From: Nibricoccus sp. | GTDB taxonomy: Bacteria; Verrucomicrobiota; Verrucomicrobiia; Opitutales; Opitutaceae | Direction of reading: 5' to 3' | DNA: 64,000 bases | Assembly (NCBI GenBank): GCA_047602425.1 | Contig: JASGHG010000001.1 | Span: forward strand, 1,248,001 to 1,312,000 | Part shown: piece after piece, positions 49,119 through 58,175 of the stretch | Layout of the letters: each line of letters opens with the position of its first letter | Numbering within the stretch: the first letter of the stretch is position 1 | Made by a program: the position numbers and the translations under genes | Notes under the pieces: model-generated | Told to the model about the DNA's origin: nothing | The model's input: the letters and a program-made list of their open reading frames with translations, nothing else | Database searches by the model: none

Positions 49119-49317
49119 ATGTAGTAGGTTTCCCCGGCCTTTTTCCCGGTTTCACCTTACGAAACGCGTCCTTCCATGGATGTTCCAAAGGTACAAAAAA
49201 AATCCTGATTAAAGAGCGGAACAAAACCACTTTCTTGCGACAGACGTCGCACGAAGTAGCCACGTCATACCTCGTGCGACTTGCGATTGGACGAAAAATG
49301 GATGCGTTACAGGCATC

Positions 49318-49926
49318 ATGAAACGGCGAAATTTTATTGGCCTTTCGCTCGGAGCCGTCCCCGTCGTCATGCTTGGGCAAGACAGCATTTCCACCACCCC
49401 GCCGGCATCGGGTACGCGCACTCCCGTACACGTGCCGACCGACGTCGATCGTTTCAAGGAGCCCCGTGTCATCGCCGACCGCAGCGTGATCGATCGCAAA
49501 GTGGCCTCGATCGATACCGCAGGTCAGCTCTTGGTTATAGAAAACCACGCCCAAGGACCTTTCGGCCCGCCACGTCACGTGCACCACGACCAAGACGAAT
49601 GGTTTCACGTGATCTCGGGCGTCGTCGTGCTCGAAGTCGGCGAGCAAAAATATCGTCTGATGCCCGGCGACTCGGTGCTGGCACCGCGTGGCATTCCCCA
49701 TGTGTGGGCTCAAGTCGCACCCGAAGGCGGACGGCTGCTGATCGCGTTTCAACCCGCCGGAAATATGGAAGCGTTCTTTGCCGAACTAGGAAAATTCGGC
49801 AATTTTCCGCCACCGCCTCAGGCCCGTGAACTTTTCGAACGACACGGCATGTCGATTGTCGGCCCGCCGCTTAGCATTATAAACGGGCCCAAGCCGTCCC
49901 CGAACGGAACCAGCGAAAACAAATAG
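49318..49926 (+). CDS. Tat-exported cupin (quercetin dioxygenase-like)
   Basis: MKRRNFIG twin-arginine signal; GPPRHVHHDQDEWF...GDSVLAPRGIPH. Confidence 0.82.
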   Translation: MKRRNFIGLSLGAVPVVMLGQDSISTTPPASGTRTPVHVPTDVDRFKEPRVIADRSVIDRKVASIDTAGQLLVIENHAQGPFGPPRHVHHDQDEWFHVISGVVVLEVGEQKYRLMPGDSVLAPRGIPHVWAQVAPEGGRLLIAFQPAGNMEAFFAELGKFGNFPPPPQARELFERHGMSIVGPPLSIINGPKPSPNGTSENK

Positions 49927-50005
49927 GTCCGGGAGATGTCTGTTTTACGGGGATTGGATCGTTGAATAGGGAGAGGCGCAATGCCTCGTTCTCCATCGAT
50001 CCACT

Positions 50006-50407
50006 ATGAACAAAAATAAACTCAAGAGTATCGGCGCCGTCGCTGCGGGCCTGTTTTCTATCATTATTGTCAGCACCCTCGTGGACGTAGCGCTGCACGC
50101 AGCCAAAGTTTATCCACCGGTCGGCGAGCCAATGACCGACGCACTCTCTTTTCTCGCGAGTAGTTACCGCCTCGTCATTGGTATCGCCGGCGCCTGGCTC
50201 ACGGCCCGACTCGCGCCTGACCGCCCAATGCGGCATGCGATTATTCTCGGCAGCATCGGAATCGTGCTCGGACTTGTGGGCGTGGTGGCCACTTGGAATC
50301 TGGGACTCGGACCGCGCTGGTATCCGATCTCGCTCGTGCTAGTGGCGCTGCCGCAATGTTGGTTCGGCGGCTGGCTGCACACCCGATCCAGGCAAACCGC
50401 GGCTTGA
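50006..50407 (+). CDS. Small 4-TM membrane protein
   Basis: Four hydrophobic helices; APDRPMRHA, GPRWYP. Confidence 0.8.
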   Translation: MNKNKLKSIGAVAAGLFSIIIVSTLVDVALHAAKVYPPVGEPMTDALSFLASSYRLVIGIAGAWLTARLAPDRPMRHAIILGSIGIVLGLVGVVATWNLGLGPRWYPISLVLVALPQCWFGGWLHTRSRQTAA

Positions 50408-50493
50408 AATAGCGGTCGGAGAAATCGCAGCTGTCCGTCCGCACAATCGACGGCATGGTTGTGAGGTGGAAAGATTAGCCTTGGGATAAGGCC

Positions 50494-50841
50494 ATGACTT
50501 CCCCCGCTCATCATCCCGCCTTGATGCCGCGCAAAAAGTTTTTGTCGCGGGTAAGACTGCATAGCGCCGTCGCCGGAATCGCGCTATTCGTCAACCTGGG
50601 CGTGGGCATGCTGGGCTATCATCTCTTTGAAAACCTCGGCTGGGTGGACGCGTTTGCAAACGCAGCCTTGATCCTCTCGGGCATGGGACCGCTGGCACCG
50701 ATCCATTCGCAATCAGGAAAAATCTTCATCGGAATCTACGCGATTTTCAGCGGCGTGGTTTTCCTAACGACGGTCGGCTTCTTTCTCACACCGATTGTTC
50801 ACCGGATCCTTCACCGGCTGCATCTCGAATCTACCGGTTGA
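50494..50841 (+). CDS. Small 2-TM protein with potassium-channel-like topology
   Basis: GMLGYH..E.L.WVDAF.NA..ILSGMGP......GKIF pattern. Confidence 0.65.
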   Translation: MTSPAHHPALMPRKKFLSRVRLHSAVAGIALFVNLGVGMLGYHLFENLGWVDAFANAALILSGMGPLAPIHSQSGKIFIGIYAIFSGVVFLTTVGFFLTPIVHRILHRLHLESTG

Positions 50842-50936
50842 TTGCTTTCGACCGTCCTCACGCGCCGGGACGTCGCGTGCCACCTTAAGGCGGTATTCGC
50901 GTACGACGATGCCGGTATGAGATGGTTTTGTTTACC

Positions 50937-51683
50937 CTAGGCAAACGTCGGTTGCTTGGGCCAGCCCGCCGGTGAATCCTCCCACTCTTCCTGTCGACCG
51001 TAGGGCGTGAGGTCGAGAAACGCATCCGGCGCATGAAGCGAATCAAGACCGCGAGCATACGCTGAATAGGTGTGGTACACATCGGTCCCGTCGCGGAAGA
51101 AAACCGAATTGGCCGGCCAATCTTCTTTTAGCGAGTCCGCGTCGAAGCCGGAGGCAAGTAGTTCGGCTTTATTTCGGTAGTTGTATTCGAGCGGCGCCTT
51201 CGCTTCGTCGAGTGTGGTGTGGAAGTCGTAGTTGAAATCGGTGCCGTGCGAGGAATACCAAGGAAACGTCCATCCGTGCTCCGCTTTGTACGCGGCAACC
51301 TTATCGAATGGCGCGCGGGAAACGGCGACGAAGGTGACCTCGCGCCCGGCGAGAACATCGCGGAGGCGCGGGTTGTTAAACGTGTGGTGCGCCGCCCCGG
51401 TGCAGCCCTTGCAGAAGGCCTGACGATCCTCAAACCACATGAAGTGGTGCACATACAACTGTCGTCTACCGGCAAAAAGTCCCAGCAGATCGAGCGTGCC
51501 ATCGGGGCCGACGAAGGTGTAGGGCTTTTCGATTTTCACCATGGGCAGCCGGCGGCGGGCCGCATTTACGGCATCGCGGAGTCGAGTGACTTCTTTTTCC
51601 TGGGCGAGTAACGCCTTGCGCGCAGCAAGCCAGACTTCGCGGGAAACAACCGGAGGCATTCCAATTTGAGCAGAGATTTTCAT
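50937..51683 (-). CDS. DUF899 family thioredoxin-like protein
   Basis: WLAARKALLAQEKE.TR.RD...RRRLP, HHFM..CKGC, FPWYSS, LDLTPYGRQE.WE. Confidence 0.9.
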   Translation of the reverse strand: MKISAQIGMPPVVSREVWLAARKALLAQEKEVTRLRDAVNAARRRLPMVKIEKPYTFVGPDGTLDLLGLFAGRRQLYVHHFMWFEDRQAFCKGCTGAAHHTFNNPRLRDVLAGREVTFVAVSRAPFDKVAAYKAEHGWTFPWYSSHGTDFNYDFHTTLDEAKAPLEYNYRNKAELLASGFDADSLKEDWPANSVFFRDGTDVYHTYSAYARGLDSLHAPDAFLDLTPYGRQEEWEDSPAGWPKQPTFA

Positions 51684-51762
51684 GATCGATTTCGTGCAGC
51701 GAGCGCGTGAATGCCCTCGCTTTCAAACTACGACGAACGAATCGGGACTATTCGGACATTTT

Positions 51763-51851
51763 GTCATGCTGAGCGTATCGAAACACCCCTTCGACGTCAC
51801 GCGGAGCAGTGGGCATTGCCCAATTGGACCCTTCGCTACGCTCAGGATGAC
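51763..51851. repeat. Intergenic palindromic REP-like element (GTCAT.CTGAGCG...CGCTCAGGATGAC type)
   Basis: GTCATGCTGAGCGTA / TACGCTCAGGATGAC inverted ends with one mismatch. Confidence 0.75.
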
Positions 51852-51899
51852 CATCACCTTCGAATTTGACGACGACTGTCGCCGTGACAGGCTTGGCCC

Positions 51900-52478
51900 A
51901 TGCCAAGCGCCATCGCCATTTGTGGAAGTCCGCGTCGTTATGGTAACACCGAAACGCTCCTTGAGCGCGCATTGAACCGGCTGAAAGCCCAGGGTATTCC
52001 GGGCGAGCTGATCGCCCTTAGCGGCAAAACAATTCGCGGCTGCACCGCATGCAATGGCTGCCGCGATTCGAAGGACTGGACTTGCCCAACCATCCAGGAC
52101 GACGACTTCCCGCCGATCATGCAGGCCATGTTGCGCGCCGACATCATCATCGTCGGTTCGCCGGTGTACTTTGGTTCGGCTTCGCCCGAGTTGATGGCAC
52201 TGCTGGATCGCGCAGGCTATGTCTCCAAAGCCAACGGCGATCTTTTCGCGCGCAAAATCGGCGGTCCCATCGCCGTCGCCCGCCGCGCCGGCCACAACTT
52301 CACGTATGCCCAGCTTTTAATGTGGTATATGATCAACGACATGGTCGTGCCCGGCTCAAGCTACTGGAACGTCGCGCTCGCCCAAAATATGGGCGACGTC
52401 CTGCAGGACGAGGAAGCGTTGGAAACAGTCGATCGCTTTGCTGACAACCTCGCGTGGCTGGCGGGGAAGTTGGGGTGA
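51900..52478 (+). CDS. Iron-sulfur flavoprotein / flavodoxin family protein
   Basis: GSPRRYGNT, CTACNGC..C.IQDDD, GSPVYFG. Confidence 0.9.
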   Translation: MPSAIAICGSPRRYGNTETLLERALNRLKAQGIPGELIALSGKTIRGCTACNGCRDSKDWTCPTIQDDDFPPIMQAMLRADIIIVGSPVYFGSASPELMALLDRAGYVSKANGDLFARKIGGPIAVARRAGHNFTYAQLLMWYMINDMVVPGSSYWNVALAQNMGDVLQDEEALETVDRFADNLAWLAGKLG

Positions 52479-52519
52479 GACTCATTCTACATCACCGCTT
52501 TGGTTGATTGCTTCTCCTC

Positions 52520-53311
52520 ATGATCCGAACAATCGCATTCTCTATAATAACCTTTGCCATTGGTGTATTCATTGGACGCATCTGGCAAAAGCCGACACCT
52601 ACATCGGTTATTCAAACCGAGCAATTACCTAAACCAATGTCTCAAGTGCAAGTGCCCGAGACTACGTCGAAACAATCGCCAGCAATAAATTCTTCATCAT
52701 TTAGCGACCTACCCACAATAGAGAGATTGCAGAAGTTATCGCAGGCATTGTCCTGGCTTAAAAACAATGGGGGATACTATGCAGATATCCCCGTTTTCGG
52801 AGACCGTGGTATTAACCCAACATTTATCCAGCTCTTCGGCCTTTCGAATTCCGAACAAAAAATCCTCGAGGAAGCGATCGAAGGTGCAAGACGCCACAGC
52901 ATCGAAATGAGGACGCGGGCAGCAAAAATTACTGAAGCATCAAAAGGAGATGTATTAGTCGTCGAGATACCGACACAACCCGAAATTGGCGGTCAAATAT
53001 ATGACACACTTTTGGGTTCATTCCGTAGCGTATTAGGCACTGATAGATTTCGCTATTTCAACTTTTTCGCGGGCGAACCATTCGAACGAGCGTTGGATTC
53101 ATATGGTGCGCTACGTAACAAATTCGAAATCACGCGCATGATTTCCTCAAACGGGACAGTCTATTTTTCATACAAAAAGTATCATGGTGGACCAGGAGCT
53201 GAACTCAATAACTGGCATGGAGGTACACTCGATCCAGATGGCTTTGCCCAGTTCTTCCCCGAGATTGCGCCACTTATTCCACCTGCGTTTAAAATCAAAC
53301 CTGTTCGCTGA
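52520..53311 (+). CDS. AT-richer hypothetical membrane-anchored protein
   Basis: N-terminal TM and Pro/Ser/Thr linker; A/T-ending codons unlike neighbours. Confidence 0.7.
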   Translation: MIRTIAFSIITFAIGVFIGRIWQKPTPTSVIQTEQLPKPMSQVQVPETTSKQSPAINSSSFSDLPTIERLQKLSQALSWLKNNGGYYADIPVFGDRGINPTFIQLFGLSNSEQKILEEAIEGARRHSIEMRTRAAKITEASKGDVLVVEIPTQPEIGGQIYDTLLGSFRSVLGTDRFRYFNFFAGEPFERALDSYGALRNKFEITRMISSNGTVYFSYKKYHGGPGAELNNWHGGTLDPDGFAQFFPEIAPLIPPAFKIKPVR

Positions 53312-55750
53312 TTACTCGCTCAACCACAACCCACACCCAAGCGCAGGGACAAATAGGTCGGCGCTGACTCCCTGAGCGGTATCGCGGGGTTTTGAACCGA
53401 AGAAACGTTCGTGATCGGCGAGTTGGCGCCAATTTGCCGAGGCGATTTCGTCGCCCACGTGGATAATGACGTCGTACATCGTCGGGTTCACCGCGAAGAG
53501 CAGGCGGCGCGAGCCCTGGCTGAAGTCAGCGTTGTAGATGGCAACAGTAGCAGTCGATTCAGGCGCGGAAAAGAATCGGAAGTAGGTCTCGCTCGGGCGC
53601 GAGAAGAGCCGCAGGAGCGAACCGATGTCGGAGCGTCGGAACGCGATCCAATCGGCAAAATAGGTATGCGTGGCCGAAAACCGATAAATGCGCCGGTAAT
53701 CGAGCGCGTTGACCGCACCCAGTTGGTAGGTGTTATTGATGCCGTTCTTCGAACGCAGAAAATCCTGGCCGGCCGAAAGCATTGGAATGCCAATCGAAGC
53801 GAAAAGCACCGCGGCCATCAGATGCGTGCGGCGGCGGTCATTGGCGGTCGGATCGGAACCGTTGAAATCCGGATTTTCCGTGATCATATCGATCCACGTG
53901 CGGTCATCGTGCGATTCGGTGTAATTCACGGTCTGCGCCGGCCATTTGGCAAAATGCCAGGGCGAGCCTTTGAGGAAATATTCGTAGGCTTCGCGCGAGG
54001 CGCCGCCACGAACAAAGTCGCGCAGGAAGTTTCTGTATCCATCGTTCCATGACGCCCAGCCGGTGTCGCGCAGCTGGCCCGCGATGTGACCGCGGTAGCT
54101 CCAAGGCTCCGCGATGAGGATGACATCGGGCTTCACGCGTTTGAGCGCGACTTCCACGTCCTTCAAGACATCGAGGCCGAGCAGTTCGGCGAGGTCGAGG
54201 CGGAAGCCGTCGACGCCGTACATTTCCACAAGGTGCGTAAGGCTGTCGATGATCAGGCGCTTGGCCATCGCGGCGTCGGCGCGCAGGTCGTTGCCGCAAC
54301 CGCTCCAGTTGGAAAGCTGCCCGGCACTGTCCATCTCGAAATAGTAGAGCTTGTCGATCAGCATCAAGTGGGCTGGCTCTCCCACGTGGTTATAGACGAC
54401 ATCGAGAATGACCGCGATGCCGCGTTTGTGAAAGGCGGCAACAAGTTCCTGCAATTCACCGATGCCCGAGGCGCGCAGCGGGTCGAGTGCGTAGCTGCTT
54501 TCTGGCGCAAAGTAATTGTTCGTCATGTAGCCCCAGTGGTATTCCTCGGGCGTGCGGTTATCGAATTCCTGCACGGGCTGGAGCTCGACGGCGTTGACGC
54601 CGAGGTGGTGCAGATAGAAACCGGGGCTTTCGACCCATTTGCGCAGGCCGGCAAAGCCGCGGCGTTCGCCAACGGCGAGCTTGGTCGGTGCACGTTCGAT
54701 GAGATCGCGGACGTGGGCCTCGGCAATGACCAGATCCTGCCAGGCCGGCGTGCGGAAAGAGCGATCGATTTGCGGCAGGAAAGACCGGTCGATCACGATG
54801 CCCGGGCCGGTGCGGTCGACGGTGGCGAGCGCGTAGGGATCAAGAATCTGCTGCGAAGCATCGAACTGGCCGAACACATCGCTAGGACCATCCACGTGAT
54901 ACCAGTAGTACCAACCATGAAGGTTTTCCGCGAGCGTGACTTCCCAAACGTGATCGGCACGACGCACCAGCGGATAGCGGTGCGTGGCTTCCGATTGCTT
55001 CAAGTCGTGCGCGACGCAGAGCTCCACACTGGAAGCACGCGAGGCGAAAAGGCGAAAGACGGTTTCGCCGCCGCGCACGATCGCTCCGAGCGGCACATCG
55101 CTCGCGTAGGAAAAAAGAAATTCGCCAGGCCGGATCGGCACGCTTTGGCCGGCTTCATCGCCCTGCCACAGCACCGTCCACGCCTCCGAGAGATCGAGCG
55201 GCGCCGCGACCGTGAATTGAAACAGGTGCTGGCCGGTGCGTTCAGGATCGACCATGAAGTTAATGTTGCCGCCTTCGTCCCGCACGGCGTTGGGCGCGTG
55301 GCCAGGCACATGGAGCCAGCGGTGTTCGCCGGTCACGAATTTGAAACGCACGAATGGATCGGCGTAGAAACGCTGGGCATTTCCCGACCAGAGCAATACC
55401 GAATCGCCGGCGAGTTTAGCGGGACGCAGTTGCCATTCGGCCTGGCCGATGCCGTTTTGCCAGCCATTGAAATCGCCCGCCAGGTAAACGGTTGTGCCTT
55501 CCGCCGCGAGGTCGGGGTAGCGGTCCAGCCGGAGGAAGAAAAAGATCTCGCCCTTCTTGTTGGCGAAGTAACCGCTTTCCGCGCCGAAGACGTAATCGGG
55601 GACTTTCGTGAGCGTGGTGAAAGTCGGGCCATCCGGACCCAGTAAAAGCGGTGGCGCGTAACGGGCTCGCCAGTCGCGTGTCAGCTCAATGACGCCGCGC
55701 GAAGGTGACTCAAGCCAGGCCTGGGCAATTCTACATTCGCGGTTAGACAT
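53312..55750 (-). CDS. GH13 pullulanase/glycogen-debranching-like enzyme, cytoplasmic
   Basis: YHWGYM, DVVYNH, DGFRLD, IAEPW, ESHDD catalytic regions; LAGDFNGW..FKFV CBM48-like N-terminal module; no signal peptide. Confidence 0.9.
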   Translation of the reverse strand: MSNRECRIAQAWLESPSRGVIELTRDWRARYAPPLLLGPDGPTFTTLTKVPDYVFGAESGYFANKKGEIFFFLRLDRYPDLAAEGTTVYLAGDFNGWQNGIGQAEWQLRPAKLAGDSVLLWSGNAQRFYADPFVRFKFVTGEHRWLHVPGHAPNAVRDEGGNINFMVDPERTGQHLFQFTVAAPLDLSEAWTVLWQGDEAGQSVPIRPGEFLFSYASDVPLGAIVRGGETVFRLFASRASSVELCVAHDLKQSEATHRYPLVRRADHVWEVTLAENLHGWYYWYHVDGPSDVFGQFDASQQILDPYALATVDRTGPGIVIDRSFLPQIDRSFRTPAWQDLVIAEAHVRDLIERAPTKLAVGERRGFAGLRKWVESPGFYLHHLGVNAVELQPVQEFDNRTPEEYHWGYMTNNYFAPESSYALDPLRASGIGELQELVAAFHKRGIAVILDVVYNHVGEPAHLMLIDKLYYFEMDSAGQLSNWSGCGNDLRADAAMAKRLIIDSLTHLVEMYGVDGFRLDLAELLGLDVLKDVEVALKRVKPDVILIAEPWSYRGHIAGQLRDTGWASWNDGYRNFLRDFVRGGASREAYEYFLKGSPWHFAKWPAQTVNYTESHDDRTWIDMITENPDFNGSDPTANDRRRTHLMAAVLFASIGIPMLSAGQDFLRSKNGINNTYQLGAVNALDYRRIYRFSATHTYFADWIAFRRSDIGSLLRLFSRPSETYFRFFSAPESTATVAIYNADFSQGSRRLLFAVNPTMYDVIIHVGDEIASANWRQLADHERFFGSKPRDTAQGVSADLFVPALGCGLWLSE

Positions 55751-55855
55751 TTGGCGTTGGGCTGTATCATGCGCCGGGCCAGTTTCGCGGGACAAGACTC
55801 AAAATATGAAGTTTTAGTCCTTGCCGCCGACTCCCGTTCCCCGCAACGGGGCGAT

Positions 55856-56782
55856 TCACGGCGCAACTTCAAACGCGAGCATCACCGGGTGGCCGTCGAA
55901 ATACGGTGCCTGGGGCAGGCCGAGCAGGTAACACGCCGTGGCACAAGTGTCCTCGGTGCGCACTTCGAGCGCGGCGCTTTGCGTGAGGTCAAAATTTTTC
56001 CGCACTCCCGGACCGCACGCGATCCAAGGGATGTGACGGCTGCGAGCGTCGTCGACCCCGTGAGTCAAACCCGCACCGCCGTGATCGGCCGAGAGAATGA
56101 TGAAGGTCGACGACCGGATGCCAGCCTGATCAAGCGCAGCGAACAACTGACCAAGTTGGCGATCGGTTTTTTCAATGGCGGCATATTGTTCGGGCGAGCC
56201 CCACCCGTACTTGTGACCATTGGCGTCGACATCGGGGAAATGCACAAAGAGCAAATCCGTGGGCTTCGTCTCGATGAGCTTGATCGCGCTCGCGACGACC
56301 ACCTCGTTGTTGGAATTACCCTCTTCGGGCATGGCAACGAACGAAACGGTGCCGGGTTTGGCGAGAGCGGAAAACTTGGATTTCCCCGCAATCATCGCGG
56401 CGGAATACCCGGCCTTGGTCGCCATTTCGAAGAGAGTGGGCACTTTCGGGTAAACCGGTTCGGTAAAAGGCAAATCACGGTTCCACTCGATGCCATGTTT
56501 TCCCGGAGCCACGCCAGTCAACATGCTCGTGTGCGAGGGCAAAGTGATCGAGACGGCCGTTGTCTTCGCCCAAAACGTGTACGCGCCTTGTTTTAGGAGG
56601 CTGCGCAGGTTCGGCATATCAGCCAGCAGCGCGCGATCCGGCCTCAATCCATCAATGCTGATAATCAGCATGTGTTTCACCGCCGGAATTGGCCGCTGAG
56701 GTTTCGCCCAGGCGCTGGCAGTCTGCGCGCGGGAGACCACGGCAAAGAAAAGCATCACGATCGACGCGAACACGACTTTCAT
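55856..56782 (-). CDS. Alkaline phosphatase superfamily (nucleotide pyrophosphatase/phosphodiesterase-like)
   Basis: ISIDGLRPD, SITLPSHTSMLTG..P.KHGI, DVDANGH, SADHGG; signal peptide. Confidence 0.88.
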   Translation of the reverse strand: MKVVFASIVMLFFAVVSRAQTASAWAKPQRPIPAVKHMLIISIDGLRPDRALLADMPNLRSLLKQGAYTFWAKTTAVSITLPSHTSMLTGVAPGKHGIEWNRDLPFTEPVYPKVPTLFEMATKAGYSAAMIAGKSKFSALAKPGTVSFVAMPEEGNSNNEVVVASAIKLIETKPTDLLFVHFPDVDANGHKYGWGSPEQYAAIEKTDRQLGQLFAALDQAGIRSSTFIILSADHGGAGLTHGVDDARSRHIPWIACGPGVRKNFDLTQSAALEVRTEDTCATACYLLGLPQAPYFDGHPVMLAFEVAP

Positions 56783-56870
56783 GGATGCCATGTCACCCGG
56801 TCTGCACCGCATTGTAAAGCCCCGGCCGGTGACGTTCAGTTGACAACACCGCCCTGCCTCAGTCGTCGTA

Positions 56871-57959
56871 GTGCCAGTGTCCAATCGCGAAAAGATCCTC
56901 GTCGCCATGTCCGGTGGAGTCGACAGCTCCGTCGCCGCCCTGCTTTTGAAAGAACAGGGCTACGACCTCGTCGGCGCGTACATGAAGAACTGGATCAATG
57001 AGGACAATATTGTCGGTCATTGCCCATGGCAGCAGGACATCGAGGACGCCCGCGCCGTCGCGGACAAGCTCGGCATCGAGTTTCGCGTGGTCAACCTCAT
57101 GCAGGAATACCGCGAACGCGTCGTGGCGTATTTGCTCGATGGTTACAAACGCGGTCTCACGCCCAATCCCGACATCATGTGCAACCGGGAAATCAAGTTC
57201 GGCGTTTTCCGCGCGTGGGCAAAGGACCATGGTTTCGCCGCCGTCGCCACCGGCCACTATGCACGGCGCGAACAAAATGCCGATGGCACTTTCTCGCTGC
57301 TCGAAGGCGCGGATAAAAACAAGGACCAGTCGTACTTTCTCGCGTTGCTCGATCAGGATCAGTTGCGCGACGCCCGCTTTCCCATTGGCCATCTGCCAAA
57401 ACCTGAACTCCGCCAAATCGCCAGCAAGGCGAGCCTCGCCACCGCCGCGAAAAAGGACAGCCAGGGCATCTGCTTCATTGGCGAAGTGAAGATGCAGGAT
57501 TTCCTCCGCCAATACGTGCCTGACGAACCGGGTCCCATCGTCCGAGCGACCGATGGCAGGGAGCTCGGTCGACACCGTGGCCTGCACTATTACACCATCG
57601 GCCAGCGCCGGGGCATCGGCGTGCCTTCCAACACCGACTTCGAGAAATACGTCGTCGTCGGCAAACGCGCCAGCGACCGCGCCCTGCTCGTCGCCTTCGA
57701 TCACAACGACGCGCCCGGACTCTTCGTTTCAGAAATCCGGATACACTCGCTTCGCTGGAATGCCGAACCAATAACTATCCCTCGACAGCTCGACGGCCGC
57801 GTGCGCTATCGCGATCCGCGTGTGGCTTTGGAATTTATTCCCGAACCAGGCGACACCGCACTCATTCGCTTCCGCGAACCGCAGCGCGCCCTCGCTTCCG
57901 GCCAAATCCTCGCCCTCCACGACGGCGAACGCCTCCTCGGCGGCGGCGTGTACGTTTAG
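56871..57959 (+). CDS. mnmA: tRNA 2-thiouridine(34) synthase
   Basis: [49 protein letters not shown]. Confidence 0.97.
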   Translation: MPVSNREKILVAMSGGVDSSVAALLLKEQGYDLVGAYMKNWINEDNIVGHCPWQQDIEDARAVADKLGIEFRVVNLMQEYRERVVAYLLDGYKRGLTPNPDIMCNREIKFGVFRAWAKDHGFAAVATGHYARREQNADGTFSLLEGADKNKDQSYFLALLDQDQLRDARFPIGHLPKPELRQIASKASLATAAKKDSQGICFIGEVKMQDFLRQYVPDEPGPIVRATDGRELGRHRGLHYYTIGQRRGIGVPSNTDFEKYVVVGKRASDRALLVAFDHNDAPGLFVSEIRIHSLRWNAEPITIPRQLDGRVRYRDPRVALEFIPEPGDTALIRFREPQRALASGQILALHDGERLLGGGVYV

Positions 57960-58175
57960 ACCGCCTTTTCGGCAAGCCGTTGAGTCAGCTTGGCTTCCCC
58001 TCCTGTCCATTGAGTTGGCCAAGACACACTCTAATATTCGGTAGTAGGAATCGATTACCGTCCCGAAGGATCACTAATACTCTTTACCTTTTGTACCTGT
58101 CTGGTGTGTTCTACCCCAATCTCACAAGGGAGGCCCTTGGGAGCCCTGTCCAGCATCAACCTTAGCTTATCGCCC

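Noticed and set aside
54086..55645. 519-aa ORF opposite the GH13 gene
   Set aside because: Antisense shadow with no recognisable domain.
57960..58175. Riboswitch in the leader of the large surface protein (also looked at 6260-6578 and 11400-12050)
   Set aside because: No recognisable cobalamin, TPP, SAM or c-di-GMP consensus by eye; an Rfam scan would be needed.
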